From contig CAWJEN010000006.1 in assembly GCA_963841915.1 (NCBI GenBank), forward strand, positions 1,664,001 to 1,728,000: 64,000 nucleotides of DNA. The letters run 5' to 3'. The notes beneath the pieces are model-generated. The model did not search any database, had not been told where the DNA came from, and was given only the letters and a program-made list of their open reading frames with translations. This document shows positions 1 to 10,427 of this stretch, piece by piece (within the stretch, counting starts at the first letter, position 1; every line of letters starts with the position of its first letter). The DNA is from an uncultured Planctomycetota bacterium. GTDB lineage: Bacteria > Planctomycetota > Phycisphaerae > Tepidisphaerales > Tepidisphaeraceae. A program made the translations under genes and the position numbers.

Positions 1-61
1 TGGCGGAACCTTTCCTGCGACGAGGGATGATCGGCTTGATGTCGTTCCGCATGGGCCGAGC

Positions 62-1117
62 TTATCGCGAAGCTGACCAGTCGAGTAGAACCTTTCCGCT
101 GTTTCCGCCTCGCATGATCTCAAATCCCTCCGCGAAGTCGGCGGCATCGAGCTTGTGCGTAATAATCGGCGAAATGTCGAGCCCGCTCTGGAGCATCGTC
201 GTCATTTTGTACCACGTCTCATACATTTCGCGGCCGTAGATGCCCTGGATGTTGAGCATGTTGAAGACGACTTCGTTCCAGTCGATGGCGACGTCATCTC
301 CGGGAATGCCCAGCAGCGCGAGCTTGCCGCCGTGACAGAGGTTGGCGATGGCGTCGCGGAATGCTGCCGGACTGCCTGACATTTCGCAGCAGACGTCGAA
401 GCCTTCAGTCATGCCGAGTTCCTTTTGCACGTCACTGAGTCGTTCCTCCTTTACGTTGACGACGCGCGTGGCCCCCAGCTTAGTTGCCATGTCGAGGCGA
501 TAGGGGTTGAGATCGGTGACGACGACGTGCCGTGCGCCCGCGTGCTTGGCCACCGCCGCCGCCATGCAACCGATCGGGCCGGCCCCGGTGATCAATACGT
601 CCTCGCCCAGCACCGGAAAGTGCAGGGCCGTGTGCGTCGCGTTTCCAAGCGGATCAAACAAGGCTGCAACATCGTGGTCGATCGACTCGTCGTGGTGCCA
701 CACGTTCGCCATCGGCAGAACGACGTAGTCGGCAAAGGCACCGGGCCGGTTGACGCCGATGCCCTTCGTGTGGGCACACAAATGCCGACGACCCGCAAGG
801 CAATTTCGGCATCGGCCGCAGACCACGTGCCCCTCGCCACCGACGAGCATGCCCGGGGCAAAGTCGTTCACGTTGCTGCCGATGCCGACGATCGTCCCGA
901 CGAACTCGTGCCCTACGACCATCGGCACGGGGATCGTCCGCTGCGCCCACGCGTCCCAGTTCCAGATGTGCACATCGGTCCCGCAGATGCCTGTCCGCTC
1001 GACCCGCACCAAAACGTCGTTGATCCCGATCGTCGGCGTCGGTACTTCCTGCATCTCCAAACCAACCTCACGCCGCACCTTGACCAGCCCACGCATCGTC
1101 GCCGGAATCTCGCTCAT
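62..1117 (-). CDS. tdh: L-threonine 3-dehydrogenase (Zn-dependent MDR)
   Basis: [31 protein letters not shown] Zn site, GAGPIG NAD motif, [14 protein letters not shown]. Confidence 0.95.
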   Translation of the reverse strand: MSEIPATMRGLVKVRREVGLEMQEVPTPTIGINDVLVRVERTGICGTDVHIWNWDAWAQRTIPVPMVVGHEFVGTIVGIGSNVNDFAPGMLVGGEGHVVCGRCRNCLAGRRHLCAHTKGIGVNRPGAFADYVVLPMANVWHHDESIDHDVAALFDPLGNATHTALHFPVLGEDVLITGAGPIGCMAAAVAKHAGARHVVVTDLNPYRLDMATKLGATRVVNVKEERLSDVQKELGMTEGFDVCCEMSGSPAAFRDAIANLCHGGKLALLGIPGDDVAIDWNEVVFNMLNIQGIYGREMYETWYKMTTMLQSGLDISPIITHKLDAADFAEGFEIMRGGNSGKVLLDWSASR

Positions 1118-1126
1118 GCGGCCATG

Positions 1127-4100
1127 CTAAGCCTCGACCCGGAAGCGGCCGTTGTCGCTGACCTGATCAAATCGCACCGCAACCCGTCGGCTGACGCCGC
1201 GCTCGGGCATGGTCACGCCATACAGCACATCGGCATGCCGCATCGTCGGCTTCGAGTGCGTGACGATTACAAACTGACTGTGGCCCAGGAAGTCGTCCAA
1301 CACCTTGCAAAAGCGCTCGGTGTTGGCCTCGTCGAGCGGAGCGTCAACCTCATCGAGCACGCACAGCGGGCTGGGCCGACTCTTGAACAGGCTCAACAGC
1401 AGGGCGACGCACGTCATGGCCTTCTCGCCGCCCGAAAGCTGAGTAAGTGTCGCCGGCTGTTTACCGGGCGGGCGGGCCATGACTTCTACACCTGCCGACA
1501 GCGGGTCGTCGTCGTCGTCCGCATGCCGCAGCACAAGGTCGGCCTTGCCGCCACCGAACAGTTGTCGGAACATGCCTGAGAAATGACCGCGTGTGGCTTC
1601 GAACGTCTCGACGAAGCGACGCCCCGACTCTTTGTCGAGTTCGCAGATCAGCTTGTCGAGTTCTTCCTTGGCCGCCCGTACATCGTCGAGTTGCTTCGCA
1701 AGGTCGTCCCGCTGTCGTTCGAGCGCTTCGAGCTCACCAATGGCCTCAGGATTCACGCCGCCCGACCGGTCGATTCTCGACTTCAGGTCGCGTGCCTCAC
1801 GCTCCATGGCGGGCCAGTCTGCTGCCTCATCCTCGTACGTGCCATACAAGGCGACGACGTCGAGCGACCACTCATCAGCCATGCGTGTCACGTGCGTCTC
1901 GAGACGAAGTCGCGACTCCAGCGACGCCGCCTCTGCCGCGTGATGCCGTTGCGCCGCCTCGATGGCAAAAGCACTTGCCGTCGCGACGGTTGCTCTCGCT
2001 TCCGACAACGTCGCGGCGGCGGCTTCGAAAGATGAAGCCCGTTTCTTCACGCGAGCCGCGGCAACCTCCACTTCACCCGCCGCCGACTCGACCTCAGCCG
2101 TCGCTTCGTCGACCTCTGCATGCGCCTCAGCGACAGCGATCCCGACGGCTTGAACTGACTGCTGCATCGCCTGCCGTCGCGCGGCAACTTCTTCTCGTCG
2201 CACACGATCACGTTCGGCCTGCCTGATTAGGGCAGCATGGTGTTCCTCGGCCCGGCCCAACTCCACACGCGCCGCGGCCAACCGCTCGGCCGCCATGGTC
2301 GCTGCTTCGGCGTCTTGACGCATCGCCGCCATCAGCCGATCCCGCTCAGCCGCATGCTGATCGGCGGCAACGCGGGCGACTTTGCCGAAGTCGATCAGCG
2401 ACGTTCGAGCCGCATCGAGCTCGGCCAGACGAGGCGTCAGATCGTCGAGCGTTTCACTCGCAGCCTGAACCTCACGCTCTGCCGCCTCGAGGTTGTCACG
2501 CAGCGTCGCGGCACGTTGCTCCGTTTCTGCCGCGCGTCGGCGGGCGTTGTAAGACGCTTCCCGCACGTCCGACGCCCGGTCCGACGCGTCGCGTGCTTTT
2601 TGGGTTCCAGCGGCGACGGCCCGCTCAGCTTCGCGCAGAACTTCAGCAGCCGCGACCTGCTCCACTGCGACGGCCTTCCGCTCGCCACGCCGGCGAACGA
2701 GTCCGCCGCCGCCTTGCCCGACCACAAAGGTGCCGTCCGCACGAACGAGCCTGCCGTCAGACGTCGCCGTCGTCCGGCCGACCACAGGCGAATCGGCAAG
2801 CACCACATCACCCAGGATGAAGTCGACCAGACCCGCGACGTCTGACGTCACCACGCTCGTCGCCAGCATCACGCCGTCACCAGTGACAGGCGACACGGCC
2901 AAGAGAGCTTCGCGGGGCAACAGCGTCACCCGACCCGCGATGCTGCCGAGCTCCTGCGTCGCCTGCTGGACGTTCGTGTCCGCCGCTAGAAGGAGCCACT
3001 GATCGCGACCGTCCAACGCCGCTTCGACCGCTTGCGACCACGCCGGATCCACCTGCAGCGAGTCGGCCACGAGCGTCGCTGTGAAGCTGAACCCATCCTT
3101 CTGCGAGGTCGGCTGCACACGCTTCAAGACGTCTCGCACCGCCTCGACAACGCCGACACCTTTGGCCTCTGCGTCGGCGAGCATGTCGCTGCGAGAGGCC
3201 AGCACCGCCACGCGTTCTCGGGCTGCGGCGACGGCTTCACCGGCCTTGGATGCAGCCGCATTTGCCGCCTGGACATCAGCCGTCTGCCGCTCGACATCGC
3301 TGGCCGTTGCAGCCTCGGCAGCTTTGGCCGCCGCTGCCGCCTTTTCGGCATCGGCCAGGTGTTCCTGCACCTCGACGTGTTTCAATGTCGCCCGCCGCAC
3401 GCGGTCGTTCGTCTCTTCGATGCGCTCGGCGACTGCGTGCCGCTGTGCCTCGCGTGAGGCCGCTTCGCGATCAGATTGTGCCGCGTCATCCGCCGCACGC
3501 GTTGCAACCGACGTGGCGGCGTCGACTTGTCGGCGGGCGTCATTCTGCCTCGACTGCAATTCGCCGTAAGCAGACCGCTGCGTCTGGGCCGCCTGCCGAA
3601 CATTGGCGACCTTGGCCGCCGCTTCCTCGATGGCAACCGCATCCGCAGAGGTCACAGACGCGAGCGTCGCCGCCTGCTGATCGATGGCCGCTGCTTCATC
3701 TTTAATTGCCGTCTGACGCTGCCGGAGGTCGCCTAGCCGCCGCTGGGCGTACGACACCCGTTGCGACGCCGCCGACTGTCGATTCTCCGCCTTCACACTC
3801 GCCCGCTCGGCCTCTCGCAGCGCAGCTTCTGCCGCGGTTACCGTCTCAGAGGCCGTCGCCTCTGCGGTCGTTGTTTCCGCCTGTCGTGCATTGCCTGCTT
3901 CGAGTGTTTTGCCAGCCTGCTCCAGCGTCTGAACATCCGCACTCTGCTTTTGCGACAGGTCGTGGTACGCGTGCAGCGCCAGTCGCTGTCGAAGCGCTGC
4001 CAGTCGCTCGGTCGCCTCCTGAAACGTCCGCGCCTTCGACGCCGCCAGCCGTGTCGAGCGGACACGCCGCTCGAGGTCATCCGTCACGTCGGCCAGCCGC

Positions 4101-4693
4101 GTGAAATTGGCCTCCGCCTTAGCGAGCCGGGCGGCGGCCTCCTTTCGTTGCACGCGGAAACGGCTCACGCCCGCCGCCTCTTCGAAGACTGCCCGGCGTT
4201 CACGCGGATCGGCTTCGAGCAGGCGATTGATCTGCCCTTGCTCGATCACGCCGTACGCACCGCCACCGATGCCGGTGTCGAGGAAGGCGTCGCGTACGTC
4301 CTTGAGTCGAGACCGCTTGCCACCGAGCAGATAATGACTGGTGCCGTCACGCAGCAACACGCGCCCGACGTCGACCTCGTCGGCATCGAACGGCAGCGGA
4401 CGGCCTGCCTCAGTTTTGGGATTGGCGAAGGTGAGCGTCACCTCCGCCGCGGCGGCGGGCTGCCGCTTCTCGCTGCCGTTGAAGATGACGTCCGCCATCG
4501 CACCACCGCGCAGGCTCTTGGCCGACTGCTCGCCCAGGACCCATTTGATCGCGTCGACGACATTGCTCTTGCCGCACCCATTAGGTCCGACGACGGCCAC
4601 GATGGGCCGGTCGAAGTCGAAGGTCGTCTCGTCGGCGAAGCTCTTGAACCCGCGCAGCTTCAGGCGACGCAGCCGCAGGCGATCGCCTGTCAC
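1127..4693 (-). CDS. smc: Chromosome segregation protein SMC
   Basis: GFKSFA, Walker A GPNGCGKSN, long coiled coils around a central hinge, LSGGE signature, Walker B VLDEVDAPLD; 1188 aa. Confidence 0.95.
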   Translation of the reverse strand: MTGDRLRLRRLKLRGFKSFADETTFDFDRPIVAVVGPNGCGKSNVVDAIKWVLGEQSAKSLRGGAMADVIFNGSEKRQPAAAAEVTLTFANPKTEAGRPLPFDADEVDVGRVLLRDGTSHYLLGGKRSRLKDVRDAFLDTGIGGGAYGVIEQGQINRLLEADPRERRAVFEEAAGVSRFRVQRKEAAARLAKAEANFTRLADVTDDLERRVRSTRLAASKARTFQEATERLAALRQRLALHAYHDLSQKQSADVQTLEQAGKTLEAGNARQAETTTAEATASETVTAAEAALREAERASVKAENRQSAASQRVSYAQRRLGDLRQRQTAIKDEAAAIDQQAATLASVTSADAVAIEEAAAKVANVRQAAQTQRSAYGELQSRQNDARRQVDAATSVATRAADDAAQSDREAASREAQRHAVAERIEETNDRVRRATLKHVEVQEHLADAEKAAAAAKAAEAATASDVERQTADVQAANAAASKAGEAVAAARERVAVLASRSDMLADAEAKGVGVVEAVRDVLKRVQPTSQKDGFSFTATLVADSLQVDPAWSQAVEAALDGRDQWLLLAADTNVQQATQELGSIAGRVTLLPREALLAVSPVTGDGVMLATSVVTSDVAGLVDFILGDVVLADSPVVGRTTATSDGRLVRADGTFVVGQGGGGLVRRRGERKAVAVEQVAAAEVLREAERAVAAGTQKARDASDRASDVREASYNARRRAAETEQRAATLRDNLEAAEREVQAASETLDDLTPRLAELDAARTSLIDFGKVARVAADQHAAERDRLMAAMRQDAEAATMAAERLAAARVELGRAEEHHAALIRQAERDRVRREEVAARRQAMQQSVQAVGIAVAEAHAEVDEATAEVESAAGEVEVAAARVKKRASSFEAAAATLSEARATVATASAFAIEAAQRHHAAEAASLESRLRLETHVTRMADEWSLDVVALYGTYEDEAADWPAMEREARDLKSRIDRSGGVNPEAIGELEALERQRDDLAKQLDDVRAAKEELDKLICELDKESGRRFVETFEATRGHFSGMFRQLFGGGKADLVLRHADDDDDPLSAGVEVMARPPGKQPATLTQLSGGEKAMTCVALLLSLFKSRPSPLCVLDEVDAPLDEANTERFCKVLDDFLGHSQFVIVTHSKPTMRHADVLYGVTMPERGVSRRVAVRFDQVSDNGRFRVEA

Positions 4694-6573
4694 TGTTGAC
4701 CGGCGTCGGCCGACGCCGTCTCACCAAGGCGGCGCTGCTCCAGACCGGGCACAACAGGCGCGACATCACCGGCGTCATTGCCGAAGTCGGCCAGATCCTG
4801 CAGCCGAACGTTCACGACCATCTCGCCACGTCGACCGGCGATGATGTCGTTACGATCGCCTAGCTCTTTCAGCACGGCAACGACGTCGCCGTAGTTGAGT
4901 TTGATGGCCCGCTCGCCCGGCACCTTCTCGCCGCCGAGTCGGCTGATGACTTCGCGAAGATCGGGCAGGGCCCGAACGCTGGCAAATCCATCCTGGCGTG
5001 CGTCAGCGTCCTCGGCTCTGGCTTCACGCTGGAACATGCGGACAACGTCCTCTCCCTCGCTTCGGGCGATTGTCAGGCGGTCACCGAACAGGCTCAGCAG
5101 CAGCGGTGCGCTGAGCCGCGGGACTTCGGCTGTTGGTCGCAGCCCACCGATAACGGCGATGGTCGGGCGGCCGGTCCGCGTCGCGTAGACGATCGGGTTG
5201 CCGTCGCCGGGCGTCAGGTGGAGAATGAAATTGTCGCCCACCGCCCGCTCGTTGACGCCCGTCTGGCCGAGGCCGAGGCGGAGCAGCGACTCGTACGCGG
5301 CAATTCGAACCTGGTCGTTTCCTGCGGCACTGGCGTTGAGCAGGTCGCGGGTCAGCCGACGTACAGCAGTGCTTGGAGGGACACGCCCCAACTCGCGGGC
5401 GGCGGCCACGTTGTAAGGGTGCGAGCGGTCACCGGCTATCGCCTGCAAGGCGCGATTGCCGTACATCTGCTTCAGGTGCGCAGCCGTACGGGCGGCGTAG
5501 AATGAAACCGCGGGGTCACTGTCCGTCAGCAACGGCACCACGGCCGATAACGCGTCGACGCCCATAGCCTGCCAAGCCCGGCTGACACCCAGCAGAACGG
5601 CCTCGTCACCATCGGCAGCCTTGGCGACCTCTGCCAGTACCTCGGCCTGGCGGGCCGAGTAGTCGCTGCTGGAGCTGAGGTACAGGTGCGTCGCGACGCC
5701 GACAAAGTTCTGCCAATCGTCCGGACCGCGGGGCGAAAAGTCACCGGTGTTGGGCAGGCGAAGCTCGACGATTGCCTCGTCCTTGGCCTTGGCGACATCG
5801 CGGCCAAAGTGGTAGTTGATCCGCTGCTCGATAACCCTGGCCATCCGCGTACTGGGCTGGCGGAGGCGAAGAACGATCGGCCGCTCGAACTCGATCTGGC
5901 CGCCGTCGGGCACCATGCCGTTGCGAAGCGACGCGCGGGCGGCGGGCATCTCGACGACGTCTTCAGGCGGCAGCAGGACGAAATTCGGGTTGAGCAAGAG
6001 CGGGCCCCGGGCGACGCCCACCTTGTTCACCTGCTCGCCCGGCCGGCTGGGGCCGACGATGCCTTTGTGCAACTCCGTCAGCCACAAGAATCCACCGGCC
6101 AGACTGGGTGTGGTATTGGTGTCGAGTGCCTCGACCGAGATGTCGATCCGCTGACCGTTTCGAGCAGCCGGCGGGACGAAGCCTTGCACACGAACGACGC
6201 TCGTCCGCGGGTCGGCGAGCAGGGCAGAGGGCGTGAGCTGGCCGAGCTGGCCACCGGTCTGCGGGCTGGCAAGCCCGCGGCGGGCGGCTGTCTCGGCAAT
6301 TCTGTTGCGGACCGGCGTCGGGATGCCGTCGTCGCGGCCGGTGTTATCCAGATTTACAACAAGGCCGTAGCCCGTGATGACCTGCGGCGTGGTGCCAAAG
6401 ACCGTCACGTACTCCAGGATGGTGCCGCGCAAATGCTCCGGCAGGCTCTCGTCGGGCAGGAGCGTGTCGTACCGCGAAACCGGAGCCGGCGCGTCGACCC
6501 GACGCTGACAGCCGACGACGACAAAAGATGCCACCAGGGCGGCGGCGGTGACGAGACGCGCACGGACAGTCAT
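4690..6573 (-). CDS. FlgI (flagellar P-ring)-like lipoprotein with HEAT-like helical region
   Basis: Lipobox VVVGC; FlgI-like N-terminus (ITGYGLVVNLDNTG, VPPAARNGQRIDISV, SLAGGFLWLTEL); HEAT-like segment (PLLTDSDPAVSFYAA); stop overlaps smc GTG. Confidence 0.7.
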   Translation of the reverse strand: MTVRARLVTAAALVASFVVVGCQRRVDAPAPVSRYDTLLPDESLPEHLRGTILEYVTVFGTTPQVITGYGLVVNLDNTGRDDGIPTPVRNRIAETAARRGLASPQTGGQLGQLTPSALLADPRTSVVRVQGFVPPAARNGQRIDISVEALDTNTTPSLAGGFLWLTELHKGIVGPSRPGEQVNKVGVARGPLLLNPNFVLLPPEDVVEMPAARASLRNGMVPDGGQIEFERPIVLRLRQPSTRMARVIEQRINYHFGRDVAKAKDEAIVELRLPNTGDFSPRGPDDWQNFVGVATHLYLSSSSDYSARQAEVLAEVAKAADGDEAVLLGVSRAWQAMGVDALSAVVPLLTDSDPAVSFYAARTAAHLKQMYGNRALQAIAGDRSHPYNVAAARELGRVPPSTAVRRLTRDLLNASAAGNDQVRIAAYESLLRLGLGQTGVNERAVGDNFILHLTPGDGNPIVYATRTGRPTIAVIGGLRPTAEVPRLSAPLLLSLFGDRLTIARSEGEDVVRMFQREARAEDADARQDGFASVRALPDLREVISRLGGEKVPGERAIKLNYGDVVAVLKELGDRNDIIAGRRGEMVVNVRLQDLADFGNDAGDVAPVVPGLEQRRLGETASADAGQQ

Positions 6574-6621
6574 GGCGAGAATTTGCGAGGAAGCGGGCTA
6601 GTCGGCCGAACCCAAGCGGGC

Positions 6622-7686
6622 TCAGCCGTTGCTGGCCATCTTGCCGCCGACGAAGCCGACGATAAGGCCCAGGATCGGTAGACCTGCGAGCAAGCCCAGG
6701 GCCGGACCCAGGGCAACGGCTCCGTCTTCGCCCATGAGGAAGGACAAGAAGCCCGGATCGCCGCGAAGCACGCTGAGCGTAAGGGCGGTGATGCCGATGA
6801 GGACGACGGCGGCGGCACCGGCGGCGAGCCCTCCGAAGAGCGGTGCGGACGGGTCTATGACTTCGTACGCCGGGGCAGCGGCCATCCGCGTGCCGGCCGG
6901 GGCAGCAGCCGTGTCGATGCCGACACCGCCCGCCGAGTCACCGATGCTGTGCACCGTGCCGCCCGCGACGCTGCCCTCGGGCATGATCTCGTCGAAGGTT
7001 TCGGCACCGAAGCTGGTGTCGTCCGGCTCGTTCGTGAGGTCGAGCAAGCCGCTGCCCGATCCGATGCCTTCGAGAGCGACCTGATCGCCCGACCCGCCGA
7101 GGCTGGTCTGAGCCGACGGATCGACGTCGTCGTCTTCGAAGATGGTGATGCCGCTCTGGCTGGCACCGGCGGAGGTGCCGCCCATGGAGCCAATCGAATC
7201 GTCGAGAGCAAACGCGCCGGTGTCATCGCTCATGAGCGGGGCGCCACTGCTGCCGGGGACGCGGCTGGCACCGCCGACGCCACCGGAGGTGTCGCTGAGG
7301 TCGGCCCCGAGCGAGTCATTGCTGGTAACGGAGTCTTCAAGCTCGATGGCCATCGAGTCGTCGCTCGTCACCGAGTCCTCGAGCGTGATGGCCATGGAGT
7401 CGTCGGCGGGGTTGTCGCCGGCGTCGCTGTCGGACAGGCCGATGCCGCCCATGGAGTCGTTTCCACCGGTTGAATCGGCGAGCCCGATGGGGCCACCGGA
7501 GTCGGCCGGGGAGAGCCCGCCGGCACCTTCGCCCTTGAGCTGCTCGATCTGGCTGCCCTTGTACATGAGGTTGGGGCCGTCGCGATACTCGGTGAGGCGG
7601 CCGTCGCTGACGAGGGACTTGAGTCCGTCGTCATCGGTGGCGAGCTCGGCGGCTGCTTCTTCCTGCGTGTAGAAGGCTTTGGCCAT
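6622..7686 (-). CDS. Excisionase/MerR-like HTH + long acidic disordered region + two C-terminal TM helices (hypothetical)
   Basis: Likely start MAKAFYTQEEAAAEL..LKSLVSDGRLTEYRDG (HTH_17-like); D/S/G-rich middle; two hydrophobic segments at C-terminus. Confidence 0.7.
   Translation of the reverse strand: MAKAFYTQEEAAAELATDDDGLKSLVSDGRLTEYRDGPNLMYKGSQIEQLKGEGAGGLSPADSGGPIGLADSTGGNDSMGGIGLSDSDAGDNPADDSMAITLEDSVTSDDSMAIELEDSVTSNDSLGADLSDTSGGVGGASRVPGSSGAPLMSDDTGAFALDDSIGSMGGTSAGASQSGITIFEDDDVDPSAQTSLGGSGDQVALEGIGSGSGLLDLTNEPDDTSFGAETFDEIMPEGSVAGGTVHSIGDSAGGVGIDTAAAPAGTRMAAAPAYEVIDPSAPLFGGLAAGAAAVVLIGITALTLSVLRGDPGFLSFLMGEDGAVALGPALGLLAGLPILGLIVGFVGGKMASNG
7321..7404 (-). repeat. Two 42-bp tandem repeats encoding DDSMAI(T/E)LEDSVTS
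   Basis: Direct comparison of 7321-7362 with 7363-7404. Confidence 0.85.
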
Positions 7687-7838
7687 ATGGCTTAGGTGGC
7701 GGTTCAGGTTGGTGACGCCGCCGAGGACCGGCGACAGGAGGCGAGCGGCAAAGAGCCGGCCCACAGGCGGGCCGGTCAGCTTCGCAGATCATACCGAAGC
7801 TGTCAAAGCCTTGGCTACCGATGCAACTTCGGCCCGCG

Positions 7839-9353
<1,515 letters not shown>

Positions 9354-9371
9354 TTCCAAGGCCGATAACTT

Positions 9372-9404
9372 GCCGAACTATCGTTCGGCCCGTGTCGTCA
9401 TATA
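9372..9404 (+). promoter_or_regulatory. Candidate ECF-sigma promoter (GAAC-N17-CGTCATA) overlapping a GCCGAAC-N4-GTTCGGC palindrome
   Basis: Sequence upstream of the 9450 export operon. Confidence 0.4.
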
Positions 9405-9449
9405 GGGTGATGGCCCCGCCCACCGAAGCTTTTCCTACAGCCACCGATC

Positions 9450-10328
9450 ATGCCCAGCCCTAAGCGACGCAAGCTCGCCCTCATCACCGCCGCCTGCCTG
9501 TCGATTGCCGCGGTCGGCGTGGTGCTTGACACGCCCGTACTCGCTCAGGACGCCGCCGAGGCAACAACGCGCACCTACTCGGGCATCACCGCCCCGAGCA
9601 AGCAGTTCCAGCTCGCGTTGTCAAACCTTGGCAAAGTTGCAGAAGTCTCTGTCGAAAAGGGAGACGAAGTTACTGCCGATCAACTGCTTCTGCGACAGGA
9701 CGACGAGATCGAGAAAGCTCGTCTCGAAGAGCTGGTGGCCGAAGCCGATGTGACCGGCCGCGTCGAGACGGCCCGGCAGCAGGCCGATCTTGCTCGTGTG
9801 CGTGAGACGAGGCAGGAGAAGCTCTTAAGCAACGGTGGTGGCAACCAGCTCGAGTTTGAGGAGGCCAAAATCGGTCGGATTGTCGCCGAGGCCAACATCG
9901 ACGAAGAGCAACGGCAGGGCACTGCTTCGGCGGCACGCGTCAAGCAGCTACAAATCACGCTCCGGCAGAAGGTGCTCAAGGCACCGGCAGCCGGTGTTGT
10001 CCGTTCCATTGAGGCTCGCGTGGGTGAGATGCATGGCCCGCAGGAACCGGTCGTCGAGCTGATCGTGGTCAATCCGCTTAAAGTCGAGGTCCTCGGCATG
10101 CCGCCCTCGCTCGTCGGTCAGATGAAGCGGGGCGACACGGTACAGGTCCGCTATTCGGGCGGTGACGGCTGGCTCGATGCGAAGGTGACGTTTATCGATC
10201 CAGTCGTAAACGTGTCCGTTGATGAGCAAACCGTCGAACTAGAGCTGCCGAATCCTAATGGTCTACCGGCCGGACTTGAGGTTGAGGTACGACCGAGCAC
10301 GGGGCGTCAACGGGCCTCTGCCGAGTGA
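9450..10328 (+). CDS. HlyD/RND-type periplasmic adaptor (membrane fusion protein)
   Basis: Signal peptide, lipoyl half-motifs (GKVAEVSVEKGDEV; LKAPAAGVV), helical hairpin, AKVTFIDPVV..LPNPNGLPAG. Confidence 0.85.
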   Translation: MPSPKRRKLALITAACLSIAAVGVVLDTPVLAQDAAEATTRTYSGITAPSKQFQLALSNLGKVAEVSVEKGDEVTADQLLLRQDDEIEKARLEELVAEADVTGRVETARQQADLARVRETRQEKLLSNGGGNQLEFEEAKIGRIVAEANIDEEQRQGTASAARVKQLQITLRQKVLKAPAAGVVRSIEARVGEMHGPQEPVVELIVVNPLKVEVLGMPPSLVGQMKRGDTVQVRYSGGDGWLDAKVTFIDPVVNVSVDEQTVELELPNPNGLPAGLEVEVRPSTGRQRASAE

Positions 10329-10427
10329 TATAGTTCGAACGAGTCGCTGTTCCTGCTAACGACTTATCTGTGCCGCGTGTCCCGGCGGCAGCCTGATCTT
10401 CCTTCCTGACGCCACGCCCGCTTCGCC

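Noticed and set aside
1..52. Minus-strand ATG at 52 (MRNDIKPIIPRRRKGSA...) running off the window
   Set aside because: Only 17 codons visible; plausible but cannot be supported.
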